From Pseudomonas phage TC6: a stretch of DNA of 49,796 nt. Location of the stretch: sequence record MG676466.1; one strand, 5' to 3'. Positions within the stretch are counted from its first letter, which is position 1, and every line of letters starts with the position of its first letter. Under the pieces are notes generated by a model that saw only the letters and a list, made by a program, of their open reading frames with translations, had not been told where the DNA came from and did not search any database. Shown here piece by piece: positions 29,497 through 39,228 of the stretch. A program made the translations under genes and the position numbers.

Positions 29497-30212
29497 GGTA
29501 CGTCCTCGTCCCCTTGTACGTCGTCTACGAGCTCTTCCTCAGCGTTTTCTTCCTCTACCCTAGGGTTAGCCTTACCCTTCTTCTCTTCTTGCTTAGGAGC
29601 CCCTTCCAGGGCCTTCTGAAGGGCACTGCCATCATACTCTAGGTTGCCTTTGATTTTGTCCTGAATCCATTGAGGGAAGGAACGGAACACATCCACATCA
29701 GGTTCATCAAGACTAAACACCTTAGGCTCGTTAATAAGCTCAGGTGCTTTAGCTGCATCACGAGCACGCATGCTGGTGACAGAAGCTACGTTGGTGTATA
29801 CATTATCACCACTAACATTGTTGACGGTGGTAACCATGCACGGAGTACCTACTACTTCACCCCAATCACCATCATATACCATGTCAGGATCAAGAGCTTT
29901 GTAACGCTTAGTAGACTTAGCAAGGTCCGCTTCGATGTTGTGAAGGGGGAAAGTCTCGCTAATCCAACGAGGCTTATCTTCCATTTCAACACCGTTCTCA
30001 TCTACGCAGAACTCATCAAGACATTCATACGTGACCATCAGTTCATAAGCCGGATTCTTTGGCTCACCTTTATAAGGACGCTGTGGTTGCAGGCCCATGT
30101 CAATCACTTGTACTACACGGGACGGATAAGTCCCCGGCTCCATAGTGGGTTGTTTGGGCATACCACTACCCTTGCCACCAACTTTCGGAATGTTACGTGC
30201 TTTAAGTGCCAT
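29490..30212 (-). CDS. putative ssDNA-binding protein with acidic C-terminal tail
   Basis: 240 aa with a very acidic C-terminus (EEENAEEELVDDVQGDEDVPW), as in T7 gp2.5-type SSBs. Located within the replication module. Confidence 0.35.
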   Translation of the reverse strand: MALKARNIPKVGGKGSGMPKQPTMEPGTYPSRVVQVIDMGLQPQRPYKGEPKNPAYELMVTYECLDEFCVDENGVEMEDKPRWISETFPLHNIEADLAKSTKRYKALDPDMVYDGDWGEVVGTPCMVTTVNNVSGDNVYTNVASVTSMRARDAAKAPELINEPKVFSLDEPDVDVFRSFPQWIQDKIKGNLEYDGSALQKALEGAPKQEEKKGKANPRVEEENAEEELVDDVQGDEDVPW

Positions 30213-30640
30213 TAGTTTTGTTTCTCCTTATGATATCGTTTAACCCATTTAGAAATGCAGGCTTGGCTTCTATCGAACCTCTCGCCCCATTCCTTCTGAG
30301 TGAAGAAAGAATCTTCACCGCAAAGGTAGTAAAATTGTTTAAATTTTAAGTACTCCTCTAAGTACCTTTCTCTATTGCTTTTGGAGGCGTGCAAACCCCC
30401 TTCGATACACTCTAAGTGTTCAATATTACAACATCGTCGATTTTTACATAGGTGATTAATCTCGTATCCTTTTGGGATTGGTCCCTTCTGCAACTCCCAA
30501 AACCAACGATGCCTCATGACTAGTGCACCACCCTCTGGTTTCGGTCTATCCCAGATACGGACATAACCATCTTTATTCTCATAGCCGAACCCGGGGTCAA
30601 GACAGTCAGTGTATGTCACTATAGGAATCTCCATATTCAA
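30212..30640 (-). CDS. HNH homing endonuclease
   Basis: INHLCKNRRCCNIEHLE HNH motif. Its start overlaps the 3' end of the DNA polymerase gene by 35 nt. Confidence 0.75.
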   Translation of the reverse strand: MNMEIPIVTYTDCLDPGFGYENKDGYVRIWDRPKPEGGALVMRHRWFWELQKGPIPKGYEINHLCKNRRCCNIEHLECIEGGLHASKSNRERYLEEYLKFKQFYYLCGEDSFFTQKEWGERFDRSQACISKWVKRYHKEKQN

Positions 30641-32486
30641 TTGAACATTCTAGTTCTCTGTTAAGATTTAAGAATTTATTTGTCTTATCCATAGCTCTAT
30701 GTAGCAACGCTGTACATTGCTCTCTAAATCCCTTCCTAATACATAGGACGACTTCATCATGGAATTGCGCAGTGAGTTGTGGCCGCTCCTCCCGGATGTG
30801 CCTAACCCATGTATCGAAACAGTAAACTCCCGTACCTTGGTTTAGTGTTGAGAACCTATCTTTTTCATGACGTAAGCTGTACCAGAATCCACTAACTGGA
30901 TTGAACAACCACTTCATTCCATTGCACACCTTAACTATCTGGTCTTCAGCAATACGTTTGACTGACCAGTTACGTTGCCAATATGCATCTACCAGTTTGT
31001 ACCCCTCATCCATGGTTACCCCAGCAGTGATGGCCACACGTGGACCACCAGCCCCATACACGCACGCATAGTTAACGCTCTTATACACCTTCCTAATAGC
31101 TTTAACTAGCCCCTCCTCTTCTTTCTTAAGGAAGCCTGCTTTATACAACTCTACTTCGTGAGAAGAAAGTGCCCCAGCAAACACCGCCAAGTCGAGGTGT
31201 GGGTCGAAGTCTGGTTTAATCATCTCCTTTACATACTCAGGGTCATAGGGCCACATGTAATGTTGCTTACATCTGTCCTCCAAGCTGCTCATATCACTAC
31301 CAACCAGCTCATAACCTTCAGGAGCAACCAGACAACCACGTATATCAGCGCCATAAGGCTTGTCAACACCCGGAAGGTTGACCACCACCTCATGCTTAAA
31401 TCGCAACGTGTTGGTGAGTCCTTGCACTTTGGCTTGGACATAACCTTCATCATCCACGTTGTTTAAGAACCCGTTTAGAACGGAGATACGGTGAGTTAGA
31501 ATCGAGAGTCCGTCAAGAATTTCTAGCTTTGGCTCTTTACCATAGAGCTTTTTAACGCTAGCACACAAGCCAGGACCAAGAGTTTTATCTTGCTGTACTT
31601 GTTCAATCTTCTTAACTTCCCCAGTTTCCTTGTTTCTTTTATATGCAAAAGTCTCTGGCACCCAACCTAGGCTGTACAACCAAGACTTAATTTGCTCGTG
31701 TGAGCCAGGATTAGGTTCCTTCCAATCCTTAATGTACTCAACTACTCCTTCGTAATCTTCGGGCAGCCCCTGCTCTTCCAACAACGCAACCCAAGCTTTC
31801 CCCTGTTCGCTTAAAGTGTTTGGCTTATTCTTTAGATACATCTTCTTAGGCTTTTCCTTACTTGCCATTACTGGCACATGAGGCATAGCCAATCTAAGCT
31901 CTTCTACTTTTTCTTCTTTTAACTTTTCTAGTTTCTTTAAAGTGGTCTTACAATGTACTACATCTAGCTTCCATCGACTACGCTCTTGTTCAGCAGCACA
32001 ATCCATTTTGAACATAATGTAGTCAATGAACTTCCAAACTTTATCTGGCTCACCATACAACTTGGAGAGTTGTTTCCATTGGCGTTCCCACAGTTTGGTA
32101 TTAATCTTTACGTCTTCTTCACATCGATGTATATATTCCTCTACGGCTAGGTTTTCCCAATCATCGACTTTCGGCTTAGGAACACCAAACTCTTCACCCC
32201 ATTCAGCTAGGCCATGCCTCTTCCTAGCTGGCTCCAAATACCAAGAGAGTGGTAGTGTATCAACAAGTTTACACTCTACTTTGATATTTAACAATCTCTC
32301 AATATTTGGAATGTCATACCTGTAAATATTGTGACCACCAATAATCTTAGCGTTTCTAAAGAACGACCTCATCTTATCGTAGTCAGTGGTTGAAAAGAGT
32401 TTACCATTCTTCATGACAGAAAGACAATGAATCTTAGTAGGCTTCAAGCCATCAGCTTCAATGTCAAAAATGTCAATCAATGCCAA
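30606..32486 (-). CDS. DNA polymerase, family A (T7-like, exo+pol)
   Basis: Exo I motif DIFDIEADGL, polymerase motif A region and motif C QFHDEVV. Confidence 0.85.
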   Translation of the reverse strand: MALIDIFDIEADGLKPTKIHCLSVMKNGKLFSTTDYDKMRSFFRNAKIIGGHNIYRYDIPNIERLLNIKVECKLVDTLPLSWYLEPARKRHGLAEWGEEFGVPKPKVDDWENLAVEEYIHRCEEDVKINTKLWERQWKQLSKLYGEPDKVWKFIDYIMFKMDCAAEQERSRWKLDVVHCKTTLKKLEKLKEEKVEELRLAMPHVPVMASKEKPKKMYLKNKPNTLSEQGKAWVALLEEQGLPEDYEGVVEYIKDWKEPNPGSHEQIKSWLYSLGWVPETFAYKRNKETGEVKKIEQVQQDKTLGPGLCASVKKLYGKEPKLEILDGLSILTHRISVLNGFLNNVDDEGYVQAKVQGLTNTLRFKHEVVVNLPGVDKPYGADIRGCLVAPEGYELVGSDMSSLEDRCKQHYMWPYDPEYVKEMIKPDFDPHLDLAVFAGALSSHEVELYKAGFLKKEEEGLVKAIRKVYKSVNYACVYGAGGPRVAITAGVTMDEGYKLVDAYWQRNWSVKRIAEDQIVKVCNGMKWLFNPVSGFWYSLRHEKDRFSTLNQGTGVYCFDTWVRHIREERPQLTAQFHDEVVLCIRKGFREQCTALLHRAMDKTNKFLNLNRELECSIEYGDSYSDIH

Positions 32487-32976
32487 CTTGCCCCTTCAAC
32501 TCTTCTCTAAAGTTGTACACCATACGGCTAACAAAAGCTGCGTCAGCATCAGTTACTTCTACAATTTCCCTAGGCTTATAGCCCAAGATAAAATACAGAT
32601 GGAGAACATCAGCAACGTTTGATGGACGCTCGGCGATAGCTCTGTCAATAAACTTTCGTAGACCACTTTCAGTTTGAGAGAGTACCACTCCATCTACTTC
32701 TTCCTCATCGAATTCTTCACACATACCATATCGGCGTTCATCCCTCTTAAAGTCTCGAAGGGCATTATTAAGAATGGAATTGAACCAAGCTCCCAACTCT
32801 TTTCGTTCTGGGTCATAAGAGTTCCAATACTTCAATGCTCTGGAGAAAGCTTCTTGAACAATGTCTTCTGCGTTCTCAGGAGTACCAGCACGGAACGACA
32901 CACGCTTTACCAATTCATTGTAGTTGTTCTTAAAGAACCTGCCCATAATCAGGTTACGAGCTTTCACATCAACCAT
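32473..32976 (-). CDS. ECF-like sigma-70 family sigma factor
   Basis: Region 2-like DIVQEAFSRALKYW...ELGAWFNSILNNALRDFKRDERR and region 4-like HTH VADVLHLYFILGYKPREIVEVTDADAAFVSRMVYNFREEL. Confidence 0.6.
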   Translation of the reverse strand: MVDVKARNLIMGRFFKNNYNELVKRVSFRAGTPENAEDIVQEAFSRALKYWNSYDPERKELGAWFNSILNNALRDFKRDERRYGMCEEFDEEEVDGVVLSQTESGLRKFIDRAIAERPSNVADVLHLYFILGYKPREIVEVTDADAAFVSRMVYNFREELKGQVGID

Positions 32977-34691
32977 TATACTTCCTCAAACATAGTTGTT
33001 TCTTTGTTCCAAAAGAGTGGGTAGTTACCTGTGCCACCAAACTCACGATCTTCCAACAAACGTAGGTTACGTAGATTACGTACATGCTCAGGAAGCTCTG
33101 GGTCTTTGTTACCCTCCAAACCAAGCATCAAGTTACAAGAACGCATCATAGCACGGCTGCCAGCAAACTGAGAGCTAACAACGTCACCCCCAAGCTCATG
33201 AGGACAGTTGCCCAATCCATAGAACTTGCCATCTTTATATTTTTTCTGGCGTTGATCAAGGCTGAGGTTACCTTCAGGCGCTTTAAGGTGAGCGAAGAGG
33301 AATACGACAATGTTAAGATCAAGAGCCATAGCCGAAATCTCTTGAGCAATCTCTTGCAACTTGACGTTAGCGTCTGCTGCTGCCATACCGTTCGTAAGGT
33401 TGGTAATAGGGTCAATGAATACAACCTTAGCACCCCACGCCGCAGCAGCATAAATGTCTGCTTTGAGCGTTTCCCAACCAAGGTGCTGGTAGAGGTTAAC
33501 CATTGCGAGCTTGTCTTTAAGGACTTCTCCAGCCCTATCATAAGCGTCAAAGTCAAACTCTCTCTCAGGGTCATGGAACACCTTCTTGGCAATCTTGCCA
33601 CACATGAGTTTGTATGTCTTAGCGTTAGCTTCTTCTGGCTTAGCCATGAATACTTTAACGCCATGCTCTTTTACGAAGTGAGCCCCCAACATATTGAGTA
33701 GCTCAGACTTACCCATCTTTACACCAGCGCCGATGTAAATAGTTTCCCCGAACCTAATACCTCTAGTCTTCTTATTGATGTGTTCCCACGGCCAAGTAAG
33801 TTCACCATAAGCGGCAGGCTTACGAGCCTCTTCATGCAAGTCTTCACCAAAGACTAGTCTGGTATTCTTAACCTTTTGGTGATTGAAGGTGCAAGCCTTG
33901 TGAGCTGCCTTCCCCTTGCCTGACATGAGACATTCGTTAGCGTCTTTACCTGGGAGATTGATCACTGTAGCGTCTGGGAAAATCTTACACACATCTTCTA
34001 CAGCACGCTGACCAGCATCATCGTTGTCAAAAGCTAGACTAACTTCCTTAAAATATTTTCTAATCTCAGGCATCAGCCTAGCAATATCTTTACCAGCGGC
34101 TGAAGCACCATGAGGAAGAGAACATACTGCTGGAATATTATCTTTGTATTGTTCTGGCGTATAAATCTCTAGGATTTTATGGAGGGCAGCAGCATCAAGC
34201 TCACCTTCAGTGATAATTAGACGCCTAGCACCAGACTTCTTAGCTACTTCCCAACCAAACAAATCAACATCAGTTTGATCACCAATAGTCCACATACGCT
34301 TGTTCTCTACGAAGCGTACCTTGTAGGCTCTTAGCTCACCATTCTTGTAGTATGGGTAGTAGTGAAACTTGGGAGTCTTACCATCCTCTTCACTAACACC
34401 AATCTTAATACCATAAAGCTCTAGAACATCTTTACGAAGTTTACGATCAACTATATCAACAACACCATAGTCACTAATCTCTTTGATCTCTGCCTCAATC
34501 TCTTCCCTAGTTTTCTTAATACGCTCCTTCTTGGGAATGTCAGAGGCTTTCTTATCATCACCAAATGGATGGCGAACGTAAGTCTTACAAGCATAACAGT
34601 AGCCATCCACTGTACCATCTTCACGCTCGAAGACTTGTAGGGCATCTCTACTACCGCATTGATGCCCAATCTTAACTAGGGCTTGTCCCAT
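32976..34691 (-). CDS. DNA primase/helicase (T7 gp4-like)
   Basis: N-terminal zinc finger (CGSRD...CYACK), TOPRIM region and DnaB-like Walker A GAGVKMGKS. Confidence 0.85.
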   Translation of the reverse strand: MGQALVKIGHQCGSRDALQVFEREDGTVDGYCYACKTYVRHPFGDDKKASDIPKKERIKKTREEIEAEIKEISDYGVVDIVDRKLRKDVLELYGIKIGVSEEDGKTPKFHYYPYYKNGELRAYKVRFVENKRMWTIGDQTDVDLFGWEVAKKSGARRLIITEGELDAAALHKILEIYTPEQYKDNIPAVCSLPHGASAAGKDIARLMPEIRKYFKEVSLAFDNDDAGQRAVEDVCKIFPDATVINLPGKDANECLMSGKGKAAHKACTFNHQKVKNTRLVFGEDLHEEARKPAAYGELTWPWEHINKKTRGIRFGETIYIGAGVKMGKSELLNMLGAHFVKEHGVKVFMAKPEEANAKTYKLMCGKIAKKVFHDPEREFDFDAYDRAGEVLKDKLAMVNLYQHLGWETLKADIYAAAAWGAKVVFIDPITNLTNGMAAADANVKLQEIAQEISAMALDLNIVVFLFAHLKAPEGNLSLDQRQKKYKDGKFYGLGNCPHELGGDVVSSQFAGSRAMMRSCNLMLGLEGNKDPELPEHVRNLRNLRLLEDREFGGTGNYPLFWNKETTMFEEV

Positions 34692-34705
34692 TTACTCTCC
34701 TATTG

Positions 34706-34900
34706 TTAACAACTGTCATCACATGGTCTAGCACCACAAGTCACACACATTAGTGGCGAGTAGTTGCATCCGTAAGTGGCAGTGAAATCTTGGTCTCCAT
34801 TCACATACGTTGTGACCACAGCTTCGCTGCCACAATCTGGGCACTCTCCCAGTGTTTCATTACTTCCTTCTGGGCCTATGTTCCAACCGTCACAACACAT
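34706..34900 (-). CDS. Cys-rich small protein (zinc ribbon-like)
   Basis: Contains CPDCGS and CVTCG pairs. Confidence 0.35.
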   Translation of the reverse strand: MCCDGWNIGPEGSNETLGECPDCGSEAVVTTYVNGDQDFTATYGCNYSPLMCVTCGARPCDDSC

Positions 34901-35022
34901 ATTACTCTCCGAATTTTTTCTTCAATTCTTCATACTGTCTGCGTTGATAAGCCTCAGCTGCTTCTTTTTTAGAGGTATAACTAACTATTTTCTTCAAACC
35001 TGTTTCATATTCACGACATACT

Positions 35023-35322
35023 TCATACATAATCTTGCTCCTTGACAAATACACCATCAATCATTCGACCTTTACGGTCTTTAATTTCTTGATAGGAATG
35101 ATACAGACAATCCTCTACAGACAATCCAAGCTGCTCAGCTAGAATGATTAGCACCACTATACAATCGCCAATGTCGTCAATGGCTGGTTTACCTTTACAC
35201 AAACTGTCACTAAGCTCTCCAACTTCTTGAATGAGTTTAAGACATTGATCTTTAGGCGTACTGCCTTCAATCAAATTCCTATCACTAGCCCAGCGTTTGA
35301 TACTCTCAATCAATACTTTCAT
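35023..35322 (-). CDS. mazG: MazG-like nucleotide pyrophosphohydrolase
   Basis: EVGELSDSL...DIGDCIVVLIILAEQLG pattern matches the MazG EExGE...D...LxD motifs. Confidence 0.65.
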   Translation of the reverse strand: MKVLIESIKRWASDRNLIEGSTPKDQCLKLIQEVGELSDSLCKGKPAIDDIGDCIVVLIILAEQLGLSVEDCLYHSYQEIKDRKGRMIDGVFVKEQDYV

Positions 35323-35330
35323 AACTCTCC

Positions 35331-35624
35331 TTATGTAGAAATATGATTACGAACAAGGATATCGTTAACACACTTATCACGATCTTCCTCGTCAATGTAT
35401 CCGTTAGGGTTGTTCTGCCCACCTACATAACCCCACTCGTAAATACTTCGCAGCCATCCAGGTAAGTCAGATAGCTTTGCGCACAGTGCTGCGACTTCCT
35501 CCCTGAGCGCCTGGGCCTCTTCGGCGAGGTCGTCGTAGTCCTGGCTAAGGACGAACTCCCCGAATTGGCTTTCTTCCCAGCCATAGATATTTCCAACCGG
35601 GCTGATCTTCTTCACCTCACTCAT
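35331..35624 (-). CDS. hypothetical protein
   Basis: 97 aa. Its N-terminal third lies within the GC-rich island. Confidence 0.4.
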   Translation of the reverse strand: MSEVKKISPVGNIYGWEESQFGEFVLSQDYDDLAEEAQALREEVAALCAKLSDLPGWLRSIYEWGYVGGQNNPNGYIDEEDRDKCVNDILVRNHIST

Positions 35625-36966
35625 GGATCAGTCCTCCCGATACAGGTCGTATTTGCGGCAGATGGCGTCCATTTCCGGGCGCGGCGGCGAGAGATCGCAG
35701 ACCATCATGGATGGCTCGCAGGTCGTCGTCGGTCGGCTCTGTGCGCAGGTACAGAACTACGGAGCGCGGATAGGCGAAGTCTCGTCCGATCCCTGACACC
35801 TCCGGCACGCTGTGCTGAGCCTGGGCTACAGGGGCGGTGTAGAGCTTCGTGCCCGACGGTATGCCTTTCAGGTCGCGATAGAAATGAAGGCCGTTCCAGT
35901 CTTCACCCGGCACCCTCGCAACGGTCGCCACCGGCTCCTGCTTCTCCATCTCCGCCAGTTTGGCGTTGGCGTCCATCAGCAGCGCGCAATAGTTGTCTGC
36001 CATAGTTTTCATATCTGCGACCCTGGCCAGGGCGGCGTCGCGCTCTGCCGTGCGGCCCGAAACCAGACCATCAAGACGAGCAATTTCCGCTTCCCGTTCC
36101 CGGATTTCGTTCTGCAAGGCTCGGTAGGTTTCCTGGCCGGAATCCATGTAATCGTTCTTGTGCTGGCGGAGCTGGGCTATCACCGCCCGCAGTTCCCCGA
36201 CGATGCACTCATGCTGGGCGACGGTCATCAGCGATTGATATTCGCCGCCGGATTTCCATTCATCGAGACATGCCTTGTCGCTGACGATTCCGCCTCTGGA
36301 GTCGTAACGCCACGCCACCACCTCCGGCCGCTCCGCCTCTGCCTGCTCGGCTAGTGCCTCGGTCGCGTCCTCCACGAAGAACCCGCAGTGCCGGCACTCG
36401 CGGCCGGTCTTTGTCACGCCGTTGCGGTTCCACCAGACGCCATAGAAGTCGTGCCGGCAGGTCTGTTCGGTGGTGGTGCCGCGCTCGGCCAGGTCCGGCG
36501 CAGGGGAGGGTTGCGCTAGGGCGGCGTAATAGACGGGAGTGCCAACCGGCATTTCCCACGCGCTACGGTCTTTTGCCCATTCGAGATATCGTGAGGTTTC
36601 ATCACCCGCAACGTGTGCTACGGGAGCGATTGAAATTGGGCGGTCCGCCTCGGTGCCTTCAGGCATAGGCCCCCATTCTGTAGCCTGATTTCGACGGTCT
36701 TGATAAGCCTGTTGCTCTTGCCTGGCTTTCTCTCGCAAAGCGTCAGCCATCTTCGCCATAGGCGATTCATCGGCTACAGGGGTGCTTGCCAGGGCGGCGC
36801 GGGCTTGCCAGGCCATCCAGTACGATTGCGTCTGCGCCAGTTTGTAACAGTTGCCGGAGCGCTCAACCGCCTTCGGGTAGATTCCTTCATCACTGGCCCA
36901 GTATTCGAACTTGGCGCGCTCATCCCCGCCTGCCTGCTCTACCGATTCCTTGTTCAGTTCGCTCAT
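35617..36966 (-). CDS. hypothetical protein encoded in GC-rich island
   Basis: 449 aa ORF in a 60-68% GC segment, with Cys pairs (CRHDFYG...CRHCGF) and a C-terminal coiled coil. The overlapping ORFs on other frames are GC-driven artefacts. Confidence 0.5.
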   Translation of the reverse strand: MSELNKESVEQAGGDERAKFEYWASDEGIYPKAVERSGNCYKLAQTQSYWMAWQARAALASTPVADESPMAKMADALREKARQEQQAYQDRRNQATEWGPMPEGTEADRPISIAPVAHVAGDETSRYLEWAKDRSAWEMPVGTPVYYAALAQPSPAPDLAERGTTTEQTCRHDFYGVWWNRNGVTKTGRECRHCGFFVEDATEALAEQAEAERPEVVAWRYDSRGGIVSDKACLDEWKSGGEYQSLMTVAQHECIVGELRAVIAQLRQHKNDYMDSGQETYRALQNEIREREAEIARLDGLVSGRTAERDAALARVADMKTMADNYCALLMDANAKLAEMEKQEPVATVARVPGEDWNGLHFYRDLKGIPSGTKLYTAPVAQAQHSVPEVSGIGRDFAYPRSVVLYLRTEPTDDDLRAIHDGLRSLAAAPGNGRHLPQIRPVSGGLIHE

Positions 36967-37715
36967 TTCAATTCCTCAAACCTTTTGACATAACCTTCGA
37001 GCGTCGTGCCATCAACTCCTGGAGCTGTATTGACTTCCAGCACGTATGCTTGCTGTTCCTTCTCGTTGAAGATGACGTCTGCTGCACCGAAGTCAAGTCC
37101 ACAGGCTTCAACAGCCTTAATAGCTTGTTCAATAATGTCTTCATGAGGTTTAATTCCTTCGTTACGTGCAAAGATAAAACCACCACCAATGTTCCTAATC
37201 TTCCAATTCACTTCGTCATCAGGAACATCTTTCTTACGTGCTTTTCTTTGAATATCTACACATTCACCACGGAACACATGAATTCGCCACTCTTGTTTCT
37301 TGGGCACATACTTAGTGTACAGAGGTGCATCAACAAGCTCATCATCACCTGGCCCTACAAGTACAATACCCTTACCACTGTTTGCATTTAGCAAAGTACG
37401 ACATACTACAGTGTTGCCACCATCCACCCATTTAAGGGCCTCAGCTTTCTCTGTAGTGGATTCTGGTGTACGGGCATGCCCTACCATTGCCTCGAAGAAA
37501 GAACGCTTGTTAGCGGCCATAGAGACGGCTACAGAGGTATTAACAACCGTACACTTAAGAACTTCTTCTGGAAGGTTGCTACTACCCCAGTTAATCACCA
37601 CTTTATCTGGGGAGCCTTTGAACTTAGAGTTCTTATGCTTAATAAATTTTACATTAAGCATGTCCTTGATTTGCTTACCAGCCTTACTGGCGTTATTGTA
37701 CGCATAGATAAACAT
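36963..37715 (-). CDS. ATP-grasp ligase
   Basis: C-terminal VLEVNTAPG and glycine-rich GKGIVLV, typical of RimK/GshB-type ATP-grasp enzymes. Confidence 0.65.
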   Translation of the reverse strand: MFIYAYNNASKAGKQIKDMLNVKFIKHKNSKFKGSPDKVVINWGSSNLPEEVLKCTVVNTSVAVSMAANKRSFFEAMVGHARTPESTTEKAEALKWVDGGNTVVCRTLLNANSGKGIVLVGPGDDELVDAPLYTKYVPKKQEWRIHVFRGECVDIQRKARKKDVPDDEVNWKIRNIGGGFIFARNEGIKPHEDIIEQAIKAVEACGLDFGAADVIFNEKEQQAYVLEVNTAPGVDGTTLEGYVKRFEELK

Positions 37716-38662
37716 TAGAACGGCACTCCTTCTTCAACCCAAATCGGTGGGAAGATTTCTTTTGGTACTTCAGCAAAGAACGCAACGGGATCAAAGTCAT
37801 AGTTAAGAACTTCCTTTCTCGGTGCTGGTACAGGCGGAACAATCTCTTCTTGGAAGAACTGTTGCCAATCACAACAGAAAGCAATGTCCTGTGCTCGTCG
37901 CATACCATCGTTCAACATCTTGGGTACGTTGTCATAGTCTTTAAACAACTCTACATGCTCACCAAGACATTTATTAAGGAACGCTACGTAGTCCCCCTCA
38001 GAATAACTGTTGATAATATCCTTAGGATCAGTAAACTTCTTAGCAGCTTCACGAAGATCAACAAGAATATTAGCCCATTTATGAATGAGGTTTAGATCAC
38101 GAGTGCCACGCATAGCACGGAACTCAAGACTGCCATACGTACCCAAAGCCTTGACGTTCATAGAGCCATAGCGAAGATTATCGTCAGTCAGAATGCGTCT
38201 GAACTGTCGAGTACGTGCTGCCTCTGACAACCTAAACAACAGCCATTCTGCGTCACAAGCACGAAGGCAAAACAAATTGCCCTCTCGATATGGACCACAG
38301 AACTTAACCAAAAGTTCCTCAAGAGTAAGGTAGAGCGTCATAAAGTTATAAAGCTCTACAATGTTTAGTTGCTGAACGTTGATATGCACATGGACACCAG
38401 CACGTACCGTGTCATCAACAACTGAATTGTTCTTCTTGTATTGCATGTTAAGATGGCTTAGAGCAAGCTTAACTTGACGGAGAGTCATAGGTTTTTCTAG
38501 GACATACTCTGCGTTATCTTCGCCACGAAGAGAGCCGTCAGCCTCTACTCTCCAATACCTATCAAAAGCTTTGGGCAAGTTCTTACCCTCCACTTCAATC
38601 TCTACACCAACATCACCCTTGGTGGGTAGTTGGATGCCGAACCATTGCATTACAGTTTTCAT
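37715..38662 (-). CDS. amidoligase (Amidoligase_2 / GS-like family)
   Basis: VGVEIEVEG motif near the N-terminus and HVHINV, characteristic of the phage-associated GS-like amidoligase family. Confidence 0.55.
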   Translation of the reverse strand: MKTVMQWFGIQLPTKGDVGVEIEVEGKNLPKAFDRYWRVEADGSLRGEDNAEYVLEKPMTLRQVKLALSHLNMQYKKNNSVVDDTVRAGVHVHINVQQLNIVELYNFMTLYLTLEELLVKFCGPYREGNLFCLRACDAEWLLFRLSEAARTRQFRRILTDDNLRYGSMNVKALGTYGSLEFRAMRGTRDLNLIHKWANILVDLREAAKKFTDPKDIINSYSEGDYVAFLNKCLGEHVELFKDYDNVPKMLNDGMRRAQDIAFCCDWQQFFQEEIVPPVPAPRKEVLNYDFDPVAFFAEVPKEIFPPIWVEEGVPF

Positions 38663-39228
38663 AGCACCTCCTGTAGTGCTTCACGAAGAAACATAAACTC
38701 ACCGCTCAGTTCTGGATTACCGTCTCTCACACAACCAACAATCAGGTTTTTGTAAATGAGTGGCCTATTATTTTTCAATTTACTATCGCCAACAGCCCAC
38801 TCCCTACACCAAGCTCTCAATACTCTAGCTGGTGAATCAACACACTCTTGCAAAGTTGGGTAGATGCCTTCAATAGTATCTGCTAACGCATTGTAGTTAA
38901 CTAGATCGGCAGGAGTGCCGTATACTGAAGTGAAGTTTCCAATTCGTAGCCCTTGTCTCCAATCCCTACGCATTGGCATGCGAGTAAGGTAAGAGATTGC
39001 ATTGCCAATATTGGCAAAACCTAGCTTTACAGGAGTCAAGTCTAGGTCGTCAAGGTTAACAATATTACCCTCACCACCTCGAAGAGAAGTGATCAGGACT
39101 CCTTTCTTCATCACCTTGTTAACAAAGACCCCCTTACCTTCATGCCTAACAATAGTATTGTTAAGTCGGGAGTCTGCATATTGCCAATCATCACCATACA
39201 TATTCATGTTACACCTGCTTGATAACAT
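38659..39228 (-). CDS. hypothetical protein (ligase cluster)
   Basis: 189 aa. Start overlaps the upstream stop. Confidence 0.35.
   Translation of the reverse strand: MLSSRCNMNMYGDDWQYADSRLNNTIVRHEGKGVFVNKVMKKGVLITSLRGGEGNIVNLDDLDLTPVKLGFANIGNAISYLTRMPMRRDWRQGLRIGNFTSVYGTPADLVNYNALADTIEGIYPTLQECVDSPARVLRAWCREWAVGDSKLKNNRPLIYKNLIVGCVRDGNPELSGEFMFLREALQEVL

Noticed and set aside
35565-37391. Multiple overlapping long ORFs on both strands (35565-36005+, 35812-36354+, 36260-36559-, 36354-36668+, 36700-36993+, 36786-37391+)
   Set aside because: They lie in the GC-rich island, where stop codons are rare. They are rich in Arg/Pro/Ala/Gly, overlap the co-oriented 449 aa gene and have no RBS. They are composition artefacts.
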